Below, one piece after another: positions 1 through 7,325 of a stretch of DNA of 32,000 nt. A program made the position numbers and the translations under genes. The notes beneath the pieces were generated by a model that saw nothing but the letters and a program-made list of their open reading frames with translations, did not search any database and was not told where the DNA came from. This stretch comes from Schaalia meyeri (GTDB lineage Bacteria > Actinomycetota > Actinomycetes > Actinomycetales > Actinomycetaceae), in assembly GCF_900105015.1 (NCBI RefSeq), contig NZ_FNLK01000015.1, positions 60,001-92,000 of the forward strand, read 5' to 3'. Each line of letters begins with the position of its first letter. Within the stretch, counting starts at the first letter, position 1.

Positions 1-1236
1 AAGGCCCTGGCGAAAAACCGCGAGGATCGCTATCTCAGCGCCGCGGCGATGCTCTCGGACCTGCAGTGCGTGGCCCACGGACTGGACGTGGGTGCCCCGT
101 CCGCCGACTCGTGGGCGACCCAGGTACTGCCCGCTCCGGGATTGGCGGGCGCGCAGACGGCTGCGACCACACCCCTGTCAGCGATTGGCGCGCATGAGGG
201 CGCCCCAGCGATGGCCGCGACCTCCACGTCGCTTCCCCCCGTCGATCCCCAACAGGACGCGGCCAAGGAGGCCAGCAAGGCCCGTAAACGCCGCACCGCG
301 ATCATTGTGTCCCTCGTCGTGATCGCCCTGCTCCTGATCGGCGGGTCCGTGTGGGCGCTGACGCGCCGCGCCGCGACCCCTGAAACCCTCGCGGTTCCCA
401 ACGTCGTGGGCCTCAGCCAGGCGAACGCGAAGGAACAGATCGAGGCAGCCGGATTCACGTGGGAGCTCAACCCCGACAAGATCGCCTCCGACACGGTCGA
501 GGAGGGTTCCGTTGCTTCGACAGACCCCGCCGCGGGCACGCAGGCCGAAAAGGGCGCAACCGTGCGCGTCACGATCTCTTCCGGACCCGACTCAGTGACT
601 CTGCCGTCGAACCTGGTGGGCATGAGCCCCGACGACGCCCGCAAGGCCGTCGAGGCCCTGGGCCTGAAGTGGGAGCTTGACGCCAACAGGATTGCATCCA
701 ACAGCGTCCCAGAGGGCAAGGTCGCGCAAACCAACCCCTCCCCCGGCTCCAAAGTCAAGGCCGGTCAGACCATCCGCGCCAACCTGTCCTCCGGCTCCGA
801 TCAGGTTGAGGTCCCCGACCTTGAGGGTATGAGCCAGGACCAGGCCAGGAGCGCGCTGAAGGCCGTCGGCCTGGAGCTGGGCAACGTGACGAGCGTCGAT
901 TCGGACAAGGAAAAGGATCGGATCGTTTCCCAGGATCCTTCCACCGGCACGAAGGTCAAGAAGGGCACCCGGGTTGGTGTGTCTGTCTCGAACGGCAAGA
1001 GCGCCCAGGTTGAGATCCCGACTGTTGTCGGAATCGGCAGCGAGGATGCTCAAGCGAAGCTGAAGGCCCTGGGCCTGAAGGTGACCGTCGAGGAAGTCGC
1101 CGACAATCAGCCGGCCGGACAGGTCCTGTCCGTCGAACCCGGCGAAGGCTCGAAGGTTGAGAAGAACTCGACCGTGAAGCTGAAGGTCTCCAAGGGGCCT
1201 CAGGGCGGCAACAACAACGGGAACAAAAAGAAGTGA
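1..1236 (+). CDS. pknB: Ser/Thr protein kinase, PknB type, C-terminal part (5' end lies upstream of the window): end of kinase domain, Pro/Ala linker, one TM helix, four extracellular PASTA repeats
   Basis: Frame 1 is open from base 1 (KALAKNREDRYLSAAAMLSDLQ resembles the end of a Hanks kinase domain). TM segment RRTAIIVSLVVIALLLIGGSVWAL. Four ~65-aa repeats of the form (V/L)P(N/D)(V/L)xG(L/M)S...GxxVxVxxSxG. Stop TGA at 1234-1236. Confidence 0.9.
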   Translation, partial: KALAKNREDRYLSAAAMLSDLQCVAHGLDVGAPSADSWATQVLPAPGLAGAQTAATTPLSAIGAHEGAPAMAATSTSLPPVDPQQDAAKEASKARKRRTAIIVSLVVIALLLIGGSVWALTRRAATPETLAVPNVVGLSQANAKEQIEAAGFTWELNPDKIASDTVEEGSVASTDPAAGTQAEKGATVRVTISSGPDSVTLPSNLVGMSPDDARKAVEALGLKWELDANRIASNSVPEGKVAQTNPSPGSKVKAGQTIRANLSSGSDQVEVPDLEGMSQDQARSALKAVGLELGNVTSVDSDKEKDRIVSQDPSTGTKVKKGTRVGVSVSNGKSAQVEIPTVVGIGSEDAQAKLKALGLKVTVEEVADNQPAGQVLSVEPGEGSKVEKNSTVKLKVSKGPQGGNNNGNKKK

Positions 1237-1282
1237 CGCCCCGCAGGATAAGCCCCGCGCAGGGTAAGTGAGGCCGCGTACC

Positions 1283-1419
1283 TGGATAGGAAATTGCTTC
1301 GTGGATAGGAAACAATCATCTGGATAGGTTATGAGCTTCTGGATAGGTTAATAAGCTATCCACGAGCGCATAACCTATCCAGAAACGCACTTCCTATCCA
1401 GCAGCGCGTTTCCTATCCA
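1283..1419. repeat. Array of eight 8-bp motifs: TGGATAGG x4 on the + strand, then the complement CCTATCCA x4, with exact 19-bp register in each arm and mirror symmetry around ~1351; AT-rich
   Basis: TGGATAGG starts at 1283, 1302, 1321 and 1340. (G/C)CTATCCA starts at 1355, 1374, 1393 and 1412. Centre is GGATAGGTTAATAAGCTATCC. Lies between the stop codons of convergent genes (1236 and 1506). Confidence 0.9.
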
Positions 1420-1505
1420 CGAACCAGCGTAGGAGGCCCGCCCGCATCGTTCCTTTATTAACGAGGCCAGGTTCTCTTTCGCGGCCCGTTTCCCGCGCGG
1501 GCAGG

Positions 1506-1664
1506 TCAGGCACCGCCCACGGAGTCTCCGAGCTCCAGGTATGACTGGACCCAGGGGTAGACCCAGGTGAAGAGCGCGGCGACGGCCGCGCCGATAAGGA
1601 TCAGGAATTCGATGGCTTTCAGCCAGGTGGGCCCGGGGAGGTGGCGGAAGATCCATGCGTACAT
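1506..1664 (-). CDS. Small hydrophobic membrane protein (~52 aa from MYAWIFRHLPGP...), immediately downstream of the sortase gene
   Basis: ORF 1506..1694. The internal ATG at 1664 lies 10 nt after the sortase stop, with AAAGG just upstream. One clear TM (AIEFLILIGAAVAALFTWVYPW). Family not recognised with certainty. Confidence 0.5.
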   Translation of the reverse strand: MYAWIFRHLPGPTWLKAIEFLILIGAAVAALFTWVYPWVQSYLELGDSVGGA

Positions 1665-1674
1665 GAGGGGCCTT

Positions 1675-2436
1675 TCAGTTCGTAGGTTCGTCAACGAGCT
1701 CGGCGGGGACGCCCGTGTCCTTCGGGGTCCATGATTCGAACTTGAGGTGGACGATGAACCGCTGCCAGTTGCCGTATTCGGGGTGGCAGGTGGTCATGGT
1801 CATCCAGCGTTCGGTGGGGGTTTCGGACCACGAAACGTCGTCGATGACGGGGGCGACGACGCGCATCTGCGTGGGGTCGGTGGCGTCGATGATCTCGGAG
1901 GAAACCATGGAGTACACCAGGTAGTGGTCGTCAACCTCCACGACGACCTTGTCGCCCTGGGTGAGTCGATCGATCCAGCGGAAGTTGTTGCCGTAGGTGC
2001 GGCGGTGTCCGGCAACGGAGAAGTTGCCGACGCCGCCGGGTTGGGCGGTCATGTCGTAGTGTCCGGCCCAGCCTTGGTCCAGCACGTCTTTGGTGGTGCC
2101 CTCGGCGAGAGGGATTTTCATCCAGTCCCACGTGGGCACGTGGACCAGTCCGTAGACCTCTCCGGCGCCGACTTCGCGGCCAAACTCGGGCGGGTCGTCG
2201 GTGCGGATTTCGCCCTGGGTGCGTTTGGTGGGCTGGTGGTCGTCCTCGTACGAGGCGATGGTTTTCTCGACCTGTCCCGAGACCTCGTAGGTGGTCCAAT
2301 AGAGCTGCCAGACGGAGAATAGGCCGATGACGAAAGCGAAGGTGATGAGCAGTTCTCCGACGACTCCGACGATGTTCCAAAAGATGCTGGAGCGTTTTCT
2401 TTTCATCGGCGAGGCGGGGGCGACGTGTTCACCCAT
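1675..2436 (-). CDS. Class E-type sortase (transpeptidase) with N-terminal TM anchor
   Basis: TM IFWNIVGVVGELLITFAFVIGLFSVW. Sortase motifs GHRRTYGNNFRWIDRL and catalytic MTMTTCHPEY...R. Start chosen at ATG 2436, preceded by GGAGGAAACGA; the longest ORF starts at 2457. Confidence 0.9.
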   Translation of the reverse strand: MGEHVAPASPMKRKRSSIFWNIVGVVGELLITFAFVIGLFSVWQLYWTTYEVSGQVEKTIASYEDDHQPTKRTQGEIRTDDPPEFGREVGAGEVYGLVHVPTWDWMKIPLAEGTTKDVLDQGWAGHYDMTAQPGGVGNFSVAGHRRTYGNNFRWIDRLTQGDKVVVEVDDHYLVYSMVSSEIIDATDPTQMRVVAPVIDDVSWSETPTERWMTMTTCHPEYGNWQRFIVHLKFESWTPKDTGVPAELVDEPTN

Positions 2437-3127
2437 TCGTTTCCTCCACGGTTGCATAGTTGACGGTCAGAGAGGTTGTGGCGGGCGCAAAGTTGAGCGC
2501 GTCCTTTGTTTGCATGTCCCACCCCAGGCCGTACTTGGTGACGTAGGTCTGGTAATTTACCATACGTGGGTTTGAGTTAACCGCCGCTTGCAGGGCGGCG
2601 GGATCCCCGATTGCCTGGATCACATAGGGCGGGGAGAAGCTGGTTCCGTCGACGAGGATCACGTTGCCGATGCAGCGGATGACAGTGCGGCTGGTGATGC
2701 GTACCCCCTGGACGGTCATGGCCTCGGCGCCGCCGCTCCACAGGGCGTTCATGGTGTCCTCGAGATCCTGCTGGTGGATGACCAGGTCGTCGGGGGTGGC
2801 GCCGGGGGGTACCGCTCCGGCGGGCGCGTCAAAGAGTGTGATTTGAACGCCGGGACCCGAAACTGGCCGGGTGGATCGGGTGGTGAATGCGTCCTCGTCG
2901 GGCGCCCCGGATTGCGGCGAGGAGGAGAAGCCCTGAATCTGAGCGTCCAGGGAGGAGATCTCGTTTTCGAGTTCCCCAACCCGTTCCTGTCGGGTGCGAA
3001 CCAGGGTCGATAGGTCGGAGGTGGCCGCGGGGTTTTTGCGTTCATTGAGCGCGGAGACGGAAAAGAGGAGGCCCGATGCGACGGTCACGGCGAGCACGCC
3101 AGCGGTGTGGCGACTGATTCTCGGCAT
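2429..3127 (-). CDS. DUF881 family membrane-anchored protein (division-cluster associated)
   Basis: N-terminal TM followed by a coiled segment (RVGELENEISSLDAQI). C-terminal domain DLEDTMNALWSGGAEAMTVQGVRITSRTVIRCIGNVILVDG...PPYVIQAIGDP is typical of DUF881. RBS GGAAGGAG lies before ATG 3127. Confidence 0.8.
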   Translation of the reverse strand: MPRISRHTAGVLAVTVASGLLFSVSALNERKNPAATSDLSTLVRTRQERVGELENEISSLDAQIQGFSSSPQSGAPDEDAFTTRSTRPVSGPGVQITLFDAPAGAVPPGATPDDLVIHQQDLEDTMNALWSGGAEAMTVQGVRITSRTVIRCIGNVILVDGTSFSPPYVIQAIGDPAALQAAVNSNPRMVNYQTYVTKYGLGWDMQTKDALNFAPATTSLTVNYATVEETNG

Positions 3128-3253
3128 CTTTCACTCCTTCCGTGGCGCTGCGTTTTGGCACTTCTCACGTCCGAGACTACGCTAGTGTTGCGACTAATTC
3201 ATCACCGCCGGGCGGTTTGTCTTCCCGCGCGGGCCGTACAGAGAGGACCCGAC

Positions 3254-3517
3254 GTGGCCGAATCCAAGAAGCGTAAGAAGAATGGGCACGAGGTCATGGA
3301 CGATACCGAGATCCAGAATTGGACCGACGGTATTCCGCTCAGCCCCGCCTGGTGGGCGCCTGCGTTCGTGACCCTGATGATCTTGGGCCTGCTATGGGTC
3401 GTCGTGTACTACATTTCGTCGGGCACCTATCCGGTGCCGCAGCTGGGCGCGTGGAACATCGCGGTGGGATTGGGCACAATGCTGGTCGGCTTCCTGATGA
3501 CGCTCCGCTGGCGTTAA
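3254..3517 (+). CDS. crgA: Cell division protein CrgA (small two-TM septation protein)
   Basis: GTG 3254 is preceded by GAGAGGA. Basic N-terminus (AESKKRKKNG) and two TM helices (WWAPAFVTLMILGLLWVVVYYI; NIAVGLGTMLVGFLMTL). Conserved position next to the pknB/ppiA/rhomboid cluster. Confidence 0.85.
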   Translation: MAESKKRKKNGHEVMDDTEIQNWTDGIPLSPAWWAPAFVTLMILGLLWVVVYYISSGTYPVPQLGAWNIAVGLGTMLVGFLMTLRWR

Positions 3518-3528
3518 CGCCTGGCCGG

Positions 3529-4290
3529 TTAAGCGCGGCTGAGCTGGACCCTCATGCCGGCGTCGTACATGCCAAGCAGGGAGCGTCCGGCCAGCCCGTC
3601 TTCGAGGCGAGCTGGGTGCGCGCTGGCGAACGACATGACGGTCGTTGCGCCGGCGCGCAGCAGCGCGGGGGACGCGGGCGTCGATGGGCCCAATACGACG
3701 GTGTGGGCGCTTCCGGCCAGCTGAAGCAGGCGCGGCATGGTCTTGTTGACGAACGCGGATCCTGAGATGAACACGTAGTCCATTTCGGGCAGCAGGTATT
3801 CGCACGCGGGGTCGGGGTAGTCTCCGTCGAGGACGTTGCGCTCTAGGACGATGAGTTCTGCGGCGTCGGGCAGGGCCGCGGGCGCGAAGGGGAAGTGCCC
3901 GATGATGGCGACTCGTTTGCCGACCACGAGGGGCGCGTACGGGTGGAAGGTGCGCGCCCAGTTGTTTTCCGGGCAGGGGCTAAATCCGCGGGCAAGGGCG
4001 CGCTCGGGGTGGGAGTGGTAGGCGTTGACGGCCGCCATGCCGATGCCTGCGTCCTCAAAGTTCCAGGATTTCGCCAGGGCGGCGACGTCCCGCAGGGGGC
4101 GGCCGACCAGGGTGGTGGGGTCGGAGGCGGCGCGCGGTCGGGACTGGACGTTCATGCCGAAAGCCATGCCCGCCCCGTCCTCGCTGGAGGAGACGCGGCG
4201 CCATTTGCCCTCAGTGTGGATCTGCGTGACGGTGAGGTCGGCGGGAATCTCGTCAATGAGTTGATCGTACAGGTCCCAGGGTCCGGTCAT
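3529..4290 (-). CDS. DUF4213/DUF364 Rossmann-like domain protein (putative chelatase-like, function unknown)
   Basis: VAIIGHFPF...ELIVLERN...DYVFISGSAFVNKTMPRLLQL...VVLGPSTP matches my memory of the DUF364 pattern. Start chosen at ATG 4290 (GGAGACACA upstream); the longest ORF starts at 4350. Confidence 0.7.
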   Translation of the reverse strand: MTGPWDLYDQLIDEIPADLTVTQIHTEGKWRRVSSSEDGAGMAFGMNVQSRPRAASDPTTLVGRPLRDVAALAKSWNFEDAGIGMAAVNAYHSHPERALARGFSPCPENNWARTFHPYAPLVVGKRVAIIGHFPFAPAALPDAAELIVLERNVLDGDYPDPACEYLLPEMDYVFISGSAFVNKTMPRLLQLAGSAHTVVLGPSTPASPALLRAGATTVMSFASAHPARLEDGLAGRSLLGMYDAGMRVQLSRA

Positions 4291-4405
4291 TGTGTCTCCT
4301 GCGGGGGTATGGGGGAAGGCCCGATCATTGATGAGCAGGCCCTCCACCATGTTAGGTCATCCTCAGACGGCTCGCCCGCGGCCCCGGCGCACGGCCGCGC
4401 GCCGA

Positions 4406-5284
4406 TCACGTTCCATAGGCCAACAGGAGAGCGCGGAACACCAGGGCGTTAAGCGCGATAAGACCGGCGAGCATGCCGACCGCGGCCAGCACCTGGCGGC
4501 GGTTCTGCGCTGCCTCGGTGACGCCCGGGCGCGGGCGGGATAGGCGCGTAAGCACCCAGGTGGAGGCCGCCCCGATGAGGAGGCCACCAATGTGGGCCTG
4601 CCACGAGATTCCGCTGGCGATGAAGCCGTACCCCAGGTTAACGGCCAGCAGGACCACGATTGATGTGGTGTCTGAGCCGTGCAGGCGCTGGAGGACGAAG
4701 ACCGCGCCGAAGAGGCCAAAGACGGCGCCGGACGCGCCGACGGTCCCCGCGTAGATTTGCGAGGGCTGGATCAGGCACCAGGCGACCACGAAGGCGGAGC
4801 CGCCCAGCGCGCTCACCAGGTAGACGCTCAGGTAGCGCCACCACCCCAGGGCGGGTTCGATGGCCCGCCCCACCCAGTACAGCGTCAGCATGTTGAAGCC
4901 GATGTGCAGGATCCCGCCATGCAGGAACGCGCTGGTGAGGACGGTCCATGGGTGAGTAGCCAGGCGGGCGGGAACCAGCGTCAGCGCAGAGCCCGCGAGG
5001 GGCATCACCCAGGTGAAAGCGAACATGAGGACGCAGATAGCCATGAGCGTGTAGGTGACGACCGGGGCGCCCGTCGCGACCGCTCGCGAGGCCCGGCCCG
5101 ACCAGCTGCGCTTCGACGCCGCACAGTCCACGCAGATGGAACGCACTTCGGTGGGGACCGCGCAGTCCACGCAGATCGGCCGGTTGCACCGCTTACAGTA
5201 ATCGACGCTGCGCTCTCCCGGGTGGCGCGGGCAGTCGGGGGCGGCGCGCGGATCGGAGCGTTGACCGTAACTCGGCAGGCTCAT
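4406..5284 (-). CDS. Rhomboid family intramembrane serine protease with N-terminal Cys-rich zinc-ribbon
   Basis: CPRHPGERSVDYCKRCNRPICVDCA...CVDCA is Cys4-type. Rhomboid motifs FLHGGILHIGFNM, catalytic GASGAVFGLFGA, and AHIGGLLIG. Confidence 0.9.
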   Translation of the reverse strand: MSLPSYGQRSDPRAAPDCPRHPGERSVDYCKRCNRPICVDCAVPTEVRSICVDCAASKRSWSGRASRAVATGAPVVTYTLMAICVLMFAFTWVMPLAGSALTLVPARLATHPWTVLTSAFLHGGILHIGFNMLTLYWVGRAIEPALGWWRYLSVYLVSALGGSAFVVAWCLIQPSQIYAGTVGASGAVFGLFGAVFVLQRLHGSDTTSIVVLLAVNLGYGFIASGISWQAHIGGLLIGAASTWVLTRLSRPRPGVTEAAQNRRQVLAAVGMLAGLIALNALVFRALLLAYGT

Positions 5285-5310
5285 TGGTTCCCTTTCGGAT
5301 GGCGGGTAGG

Positions 5311-5377
5311 GGACGAGGCCGGGGCTATTTACCCCACCAACTGCGCTTGGGCAGCGGGGGTGGCCCCGGCCTCGTCC
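5311..5377 (-). terminator. 14-bp inverted repeat (GGACGAGGCCGGGG / CCCCGGCCTCGTCC) with ~39-nt loop between ppiA stop and rhomboid start; possible attenuating or terminating hairpin
   Basis: Arms at 5311-5324 and 5364-5377 are perfectly complementary. No T-tract. Confidence 0.3.
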
Positions 5378-5395
5378 ATGAAGAGGAGGAAAAGG

Positions 5396-5917
5396 TCAGT
5401 CGAGGACCTCGATGGAGTCGATGACCTGGTCGTGGACGGGGCGGTCGCCCGCGCCCGTGGCGGTCGCGGCGATGGCGTCAACGACGCGCTTGGAGGCGTC
5501 GTCGGTGACCCTGCCGAAGATCGTGTGGTTGCCGAGCAGCCACGGGGTGGAGGCCACGGTGATGAAGAACTGGGAGCCGTTGGTTCCCTTGCCCATGCGC
5601 TTGCCGGCGTTGGCCATGGCCAGCAGGTAGGGTTCGTCAAAGTTCAGCTCGGGGTGGATCTCGTCGTTGAACTGGTAGCCGGGGCCGCCGGTACCGGTGC
5701 CGAGGGGATCGCCCCCCTGGATCATGAAACCGGGGATGACGCGGTGGAAGATGGTGCCGTCGTAGAGGGGACGGGAGGTCTTCTGGCCGGTCGAGGGGTC
5801 GACCCATTCGCGCTCGCCCTTGGCCAGGGACACGAAGTTACCAACCGTGTTTGGCGCGTGGTTGGGGAACAGTTCGACAGTGATGTCGCCGGCGGTGGTG
5901 TGCAAGATTGCTTTCAT
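5396..5917 (-). CDS. ppiA: Peptidyl-prolyl cis-trans isomerase, cyclophilin type
   Basis: MKAILHTTAGDITVELFPNHAPNTVGNFV...FHRVIPGFMIQGGDP...GYQFNDE...LAMANAGKRMGKGTNGSQFFIT...HTIFGRV. Start is ATG 5917; the 311-aa track ORF is an upstream extension. Confidence 0.95.
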   Translation of the reverse strand: MKAILHTTAGDITVELFPNHAPNTVGNFVSLAKGEREWVDPSTGQKTSRPLYDGTIFHRVIPGFMIQGGDPLGTGTGGPGYQFNDEIHPELNFDEPYLLAMANAGKRMGKGTNGSQFFITVASTPWLLGNHTIFGRVTDDASKRVVDAIAATATGAGDRPVHDQVIDSIEVLD

Positions 5918-6067
5918 GGGGACAATGGTCGCACCTTTTCCTGGGTGTTTCCTGTCCGTCCCGCGTTTTAGGCGGGGCGGTTGGCTGCGGATCACAGGCG
6001 GTTGTAGCACAATAGAGGTGGGTGGCGCGTTTGCGCCCCGCCAATTGTGGACAGGAACGGAGACATC

Positions 6068-6670
6068 ATGGCTACTTCGCCGACTTTCGATGCAGATAAG
6101 TTGCGCACTTCGTCTCAGCACCTTCGGGACGCGGCCGCCATTTACGCCGGGAAGGTTGCCGTGAAGGCAGCGGATCTGGCCAATATGGGCGTCGATTGGG
6201 CCGCCCCTCGCGCTCAGGCCGCGCTGAACTCCGCGATTGAGCACGCGACCCCCGCCATTGAGACCGCCGCCGCGCGCGCTCAGGCCGCCGCTGCTTCGGC
6301 CGGGCCTGCGATTGAGAACGCCCGCGAGCACCTGGTGGACGATTACCTGCCCCGCGCATCGCTCGCGGTGAACCAGGCCGGAGCCGCCCTGTCGGCTCGC
6401 GGCCCCCTGTCGGATCGTGCGCGCCGCGCGACGGAGGCGTCTGCCCTGGCCCTGACGACGCCGACGCGTAAGCGCCGCAAGTGCCGCGTGCTGCGCGTCC
6501 TGGGTCTGACGGCCCTGGTCGGCGCGGTTGCCGGCGCGGGTTACATCCTGTGGAAGCGTTCGCAGCCGATTGAGGATCCGTGGGCCGAGGAATACTGGGC
6601 GGATCTGGACACGGATTCCTTCGTGCCGGAGACCCAGGCGGAGAAGGCCACCTTTGAAACGACCGAGTGA
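6068..6670 (+). CDS. Ala-rich helical protein with C-terminal TM anchor and acidic tail; function unknown
   Basis: ATG 6068 follows GGAACGGAGA. Long Ala-rich helices, basic patch RKRRKCR, TM VLRVLGLTALVGAVAGAGYILW, then DPWAEEYWADLD. Confidence 0.6.
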   Translation: MATSPTFDADKLRTSSQHLRDAAAIYAGKVAVKAADLANMGVDWAAPRAQAALNSAIEHATPAIETAAARAQAAAASAGPAIENAREHLVDDYLPRASLAVNQAGAALSARGPLSDRARRATEASALALTTPTRKRRKCRVLRVLGLTALVGAVAGAGYILWKRSQPIEDPWAEEYWADLDTDSFVPETQAEKATFETTE

Positions 6671-6696
6671 GGTCGGACTCTAAACGAGGCTTTTAC

Positions 6697-6735
6697 TGGT
6701 GGGGGCCGCGACGCACTACGTTGCGGCCCCCACCA
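6697..6735 (+). terminator. Intrinsic-terminator-like hairpin downstream of the 6068..6670 gene
   Basis: 13-bp perfect stem TGGTGGGGGCCGC / GCGGCCCCCACCA (6697-6709 and 6723-6735), followed by TTCGT. Confidence 0.6.
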
Positions 6736-6816
6736 TTCGTCCGTGCCGCCTCGGGTTTCTCCCGCGACCACCGGGAAATATGAGCCCCGCCTCGATCATA
6801 GTTACCGAACACATTT

Positions 6817-6845
6817 TTGCGTGACTCCCTGGACGGTCATATGAT
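6817..6845 (+). promoter_or_regulatory. Candidate housekeeping-type promoter for the 6906-9946 cluster
   Basis: TTGCGT (6817-6822), 17-nt spacer, TATGAT (6840-6845), in a locally AT-rich stretch. Confidence 0.35.
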
Positions 6846-6905
6846 GGTGTTCGTCTCATCGATCTGTGTAGGCTAGGCTTGCGGTTTTACTTCCTGGAGG
6901 GTCCT

Positions 6906-7304
6906 TTGAACGGTGTCGGTTTCGACTCCCAGAAACACGAACAGACGCGCTATGACGCGGAACAGGGAGGGGCGCACCTGGGGAGCGCCGCCAGGGTGGC
7001 CGAGACATTTGCGCAGGCGCAGGTGTCATCCGTATGGGGGGACGAACCGGGTGTCGACGCGGCACGCCGCGCGCTTCAGGCCGCGTACAGCGGCGCGGCC
7101 AACGGATTCTCTTCGGAGCAGGCCCGCATCACCGATTTCGGCGACAGGGTCGAACAGACCGAAAAGGACTTCGCCCAGACGGAAGAGAACATCGTGCAGC
7201 AGATGGCGAGCAACAGCGCCGCCATGAACGCCGACTCCTCTATCAGCAACGCCGCTTCGCAGCCCACGGATGCGCCGACCGCCGGCAATCCCTCCGGCTT
7301 CTGA
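6906..7304 (+). CDS. Small (~132 aa) all-helical Ala/Gln-rich protein, loosely WXG100/ESAT-6-like in layout; function unknown
   Basis: TTG 6906 lies 4 nt after GGAGGG (6896-6901); the track start 6879 is also a TTG. Helix-turn (VWGDEPG)-helix layout with a low-complexity C-terminus. First gene of a tightly spaced three-gene group. Confidence 0.55.
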   Translation: MNGVGFDSQKHEQTRYDAEQGGAHLGSAARVAETFAQAQVSSVWGDEPGVDAARRALQAAYSGAANGFSSEQARITDFGDRVEQTEKDFAQTEENIVQQMASNSAAMNADSSISNAASQPTDAPTAGNPSGF

Positions 7305-7325
7305 GACCAGGAAAAGGACACCACC

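Noticed and set aside
49-1236. The track start at 49 for the PASTA kinase ORF, and the longest-ORF starts for several genes (2457, 3107, 4350, 6331, 17983, 23413, 30198, 31232).
   Set aside because: The pknB frame is open from base 1, so the gene begins upstream of the window. For the others, internal starts with recognisable RBS motifs or stop/start overlaps give family-typical protein lengths.
1283-1419. Interpreting the TGGATAGG array as oriC or as a CRISPR array.
   Set aside because: No dnaA/dnaN or AT-rich unwinding element is adjacent. The best copies match a DnaA box at only 7/9, and high-GC actinobacteria usually use TTGTCCACA-type boxes. It is not CRISPR: the repeat is 8 bp, the spacers are 11 bp, the orientation inverts mid-array, and there are no cas genes. 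It is kept as a finding with function open.
4679-5971. Long ORFs overlapping or antisense to well-supported genes: 4679..5971 +, 7443..8759 -, 12819..13988 +, 17887..19083 -, 21854..23443 +, 23035..24141 +, 24974..26005 +, 28090..30507 +, 15232..16128 +, 10708..11769 +.
   Set aside because: Their translations are Arg/Pro/Gly/Ala-rich low-complexity strings with no motifs. They lie opposite or out of frame to genes with clear family signatures. Such open shadow frames are expected in high-GC DNA.
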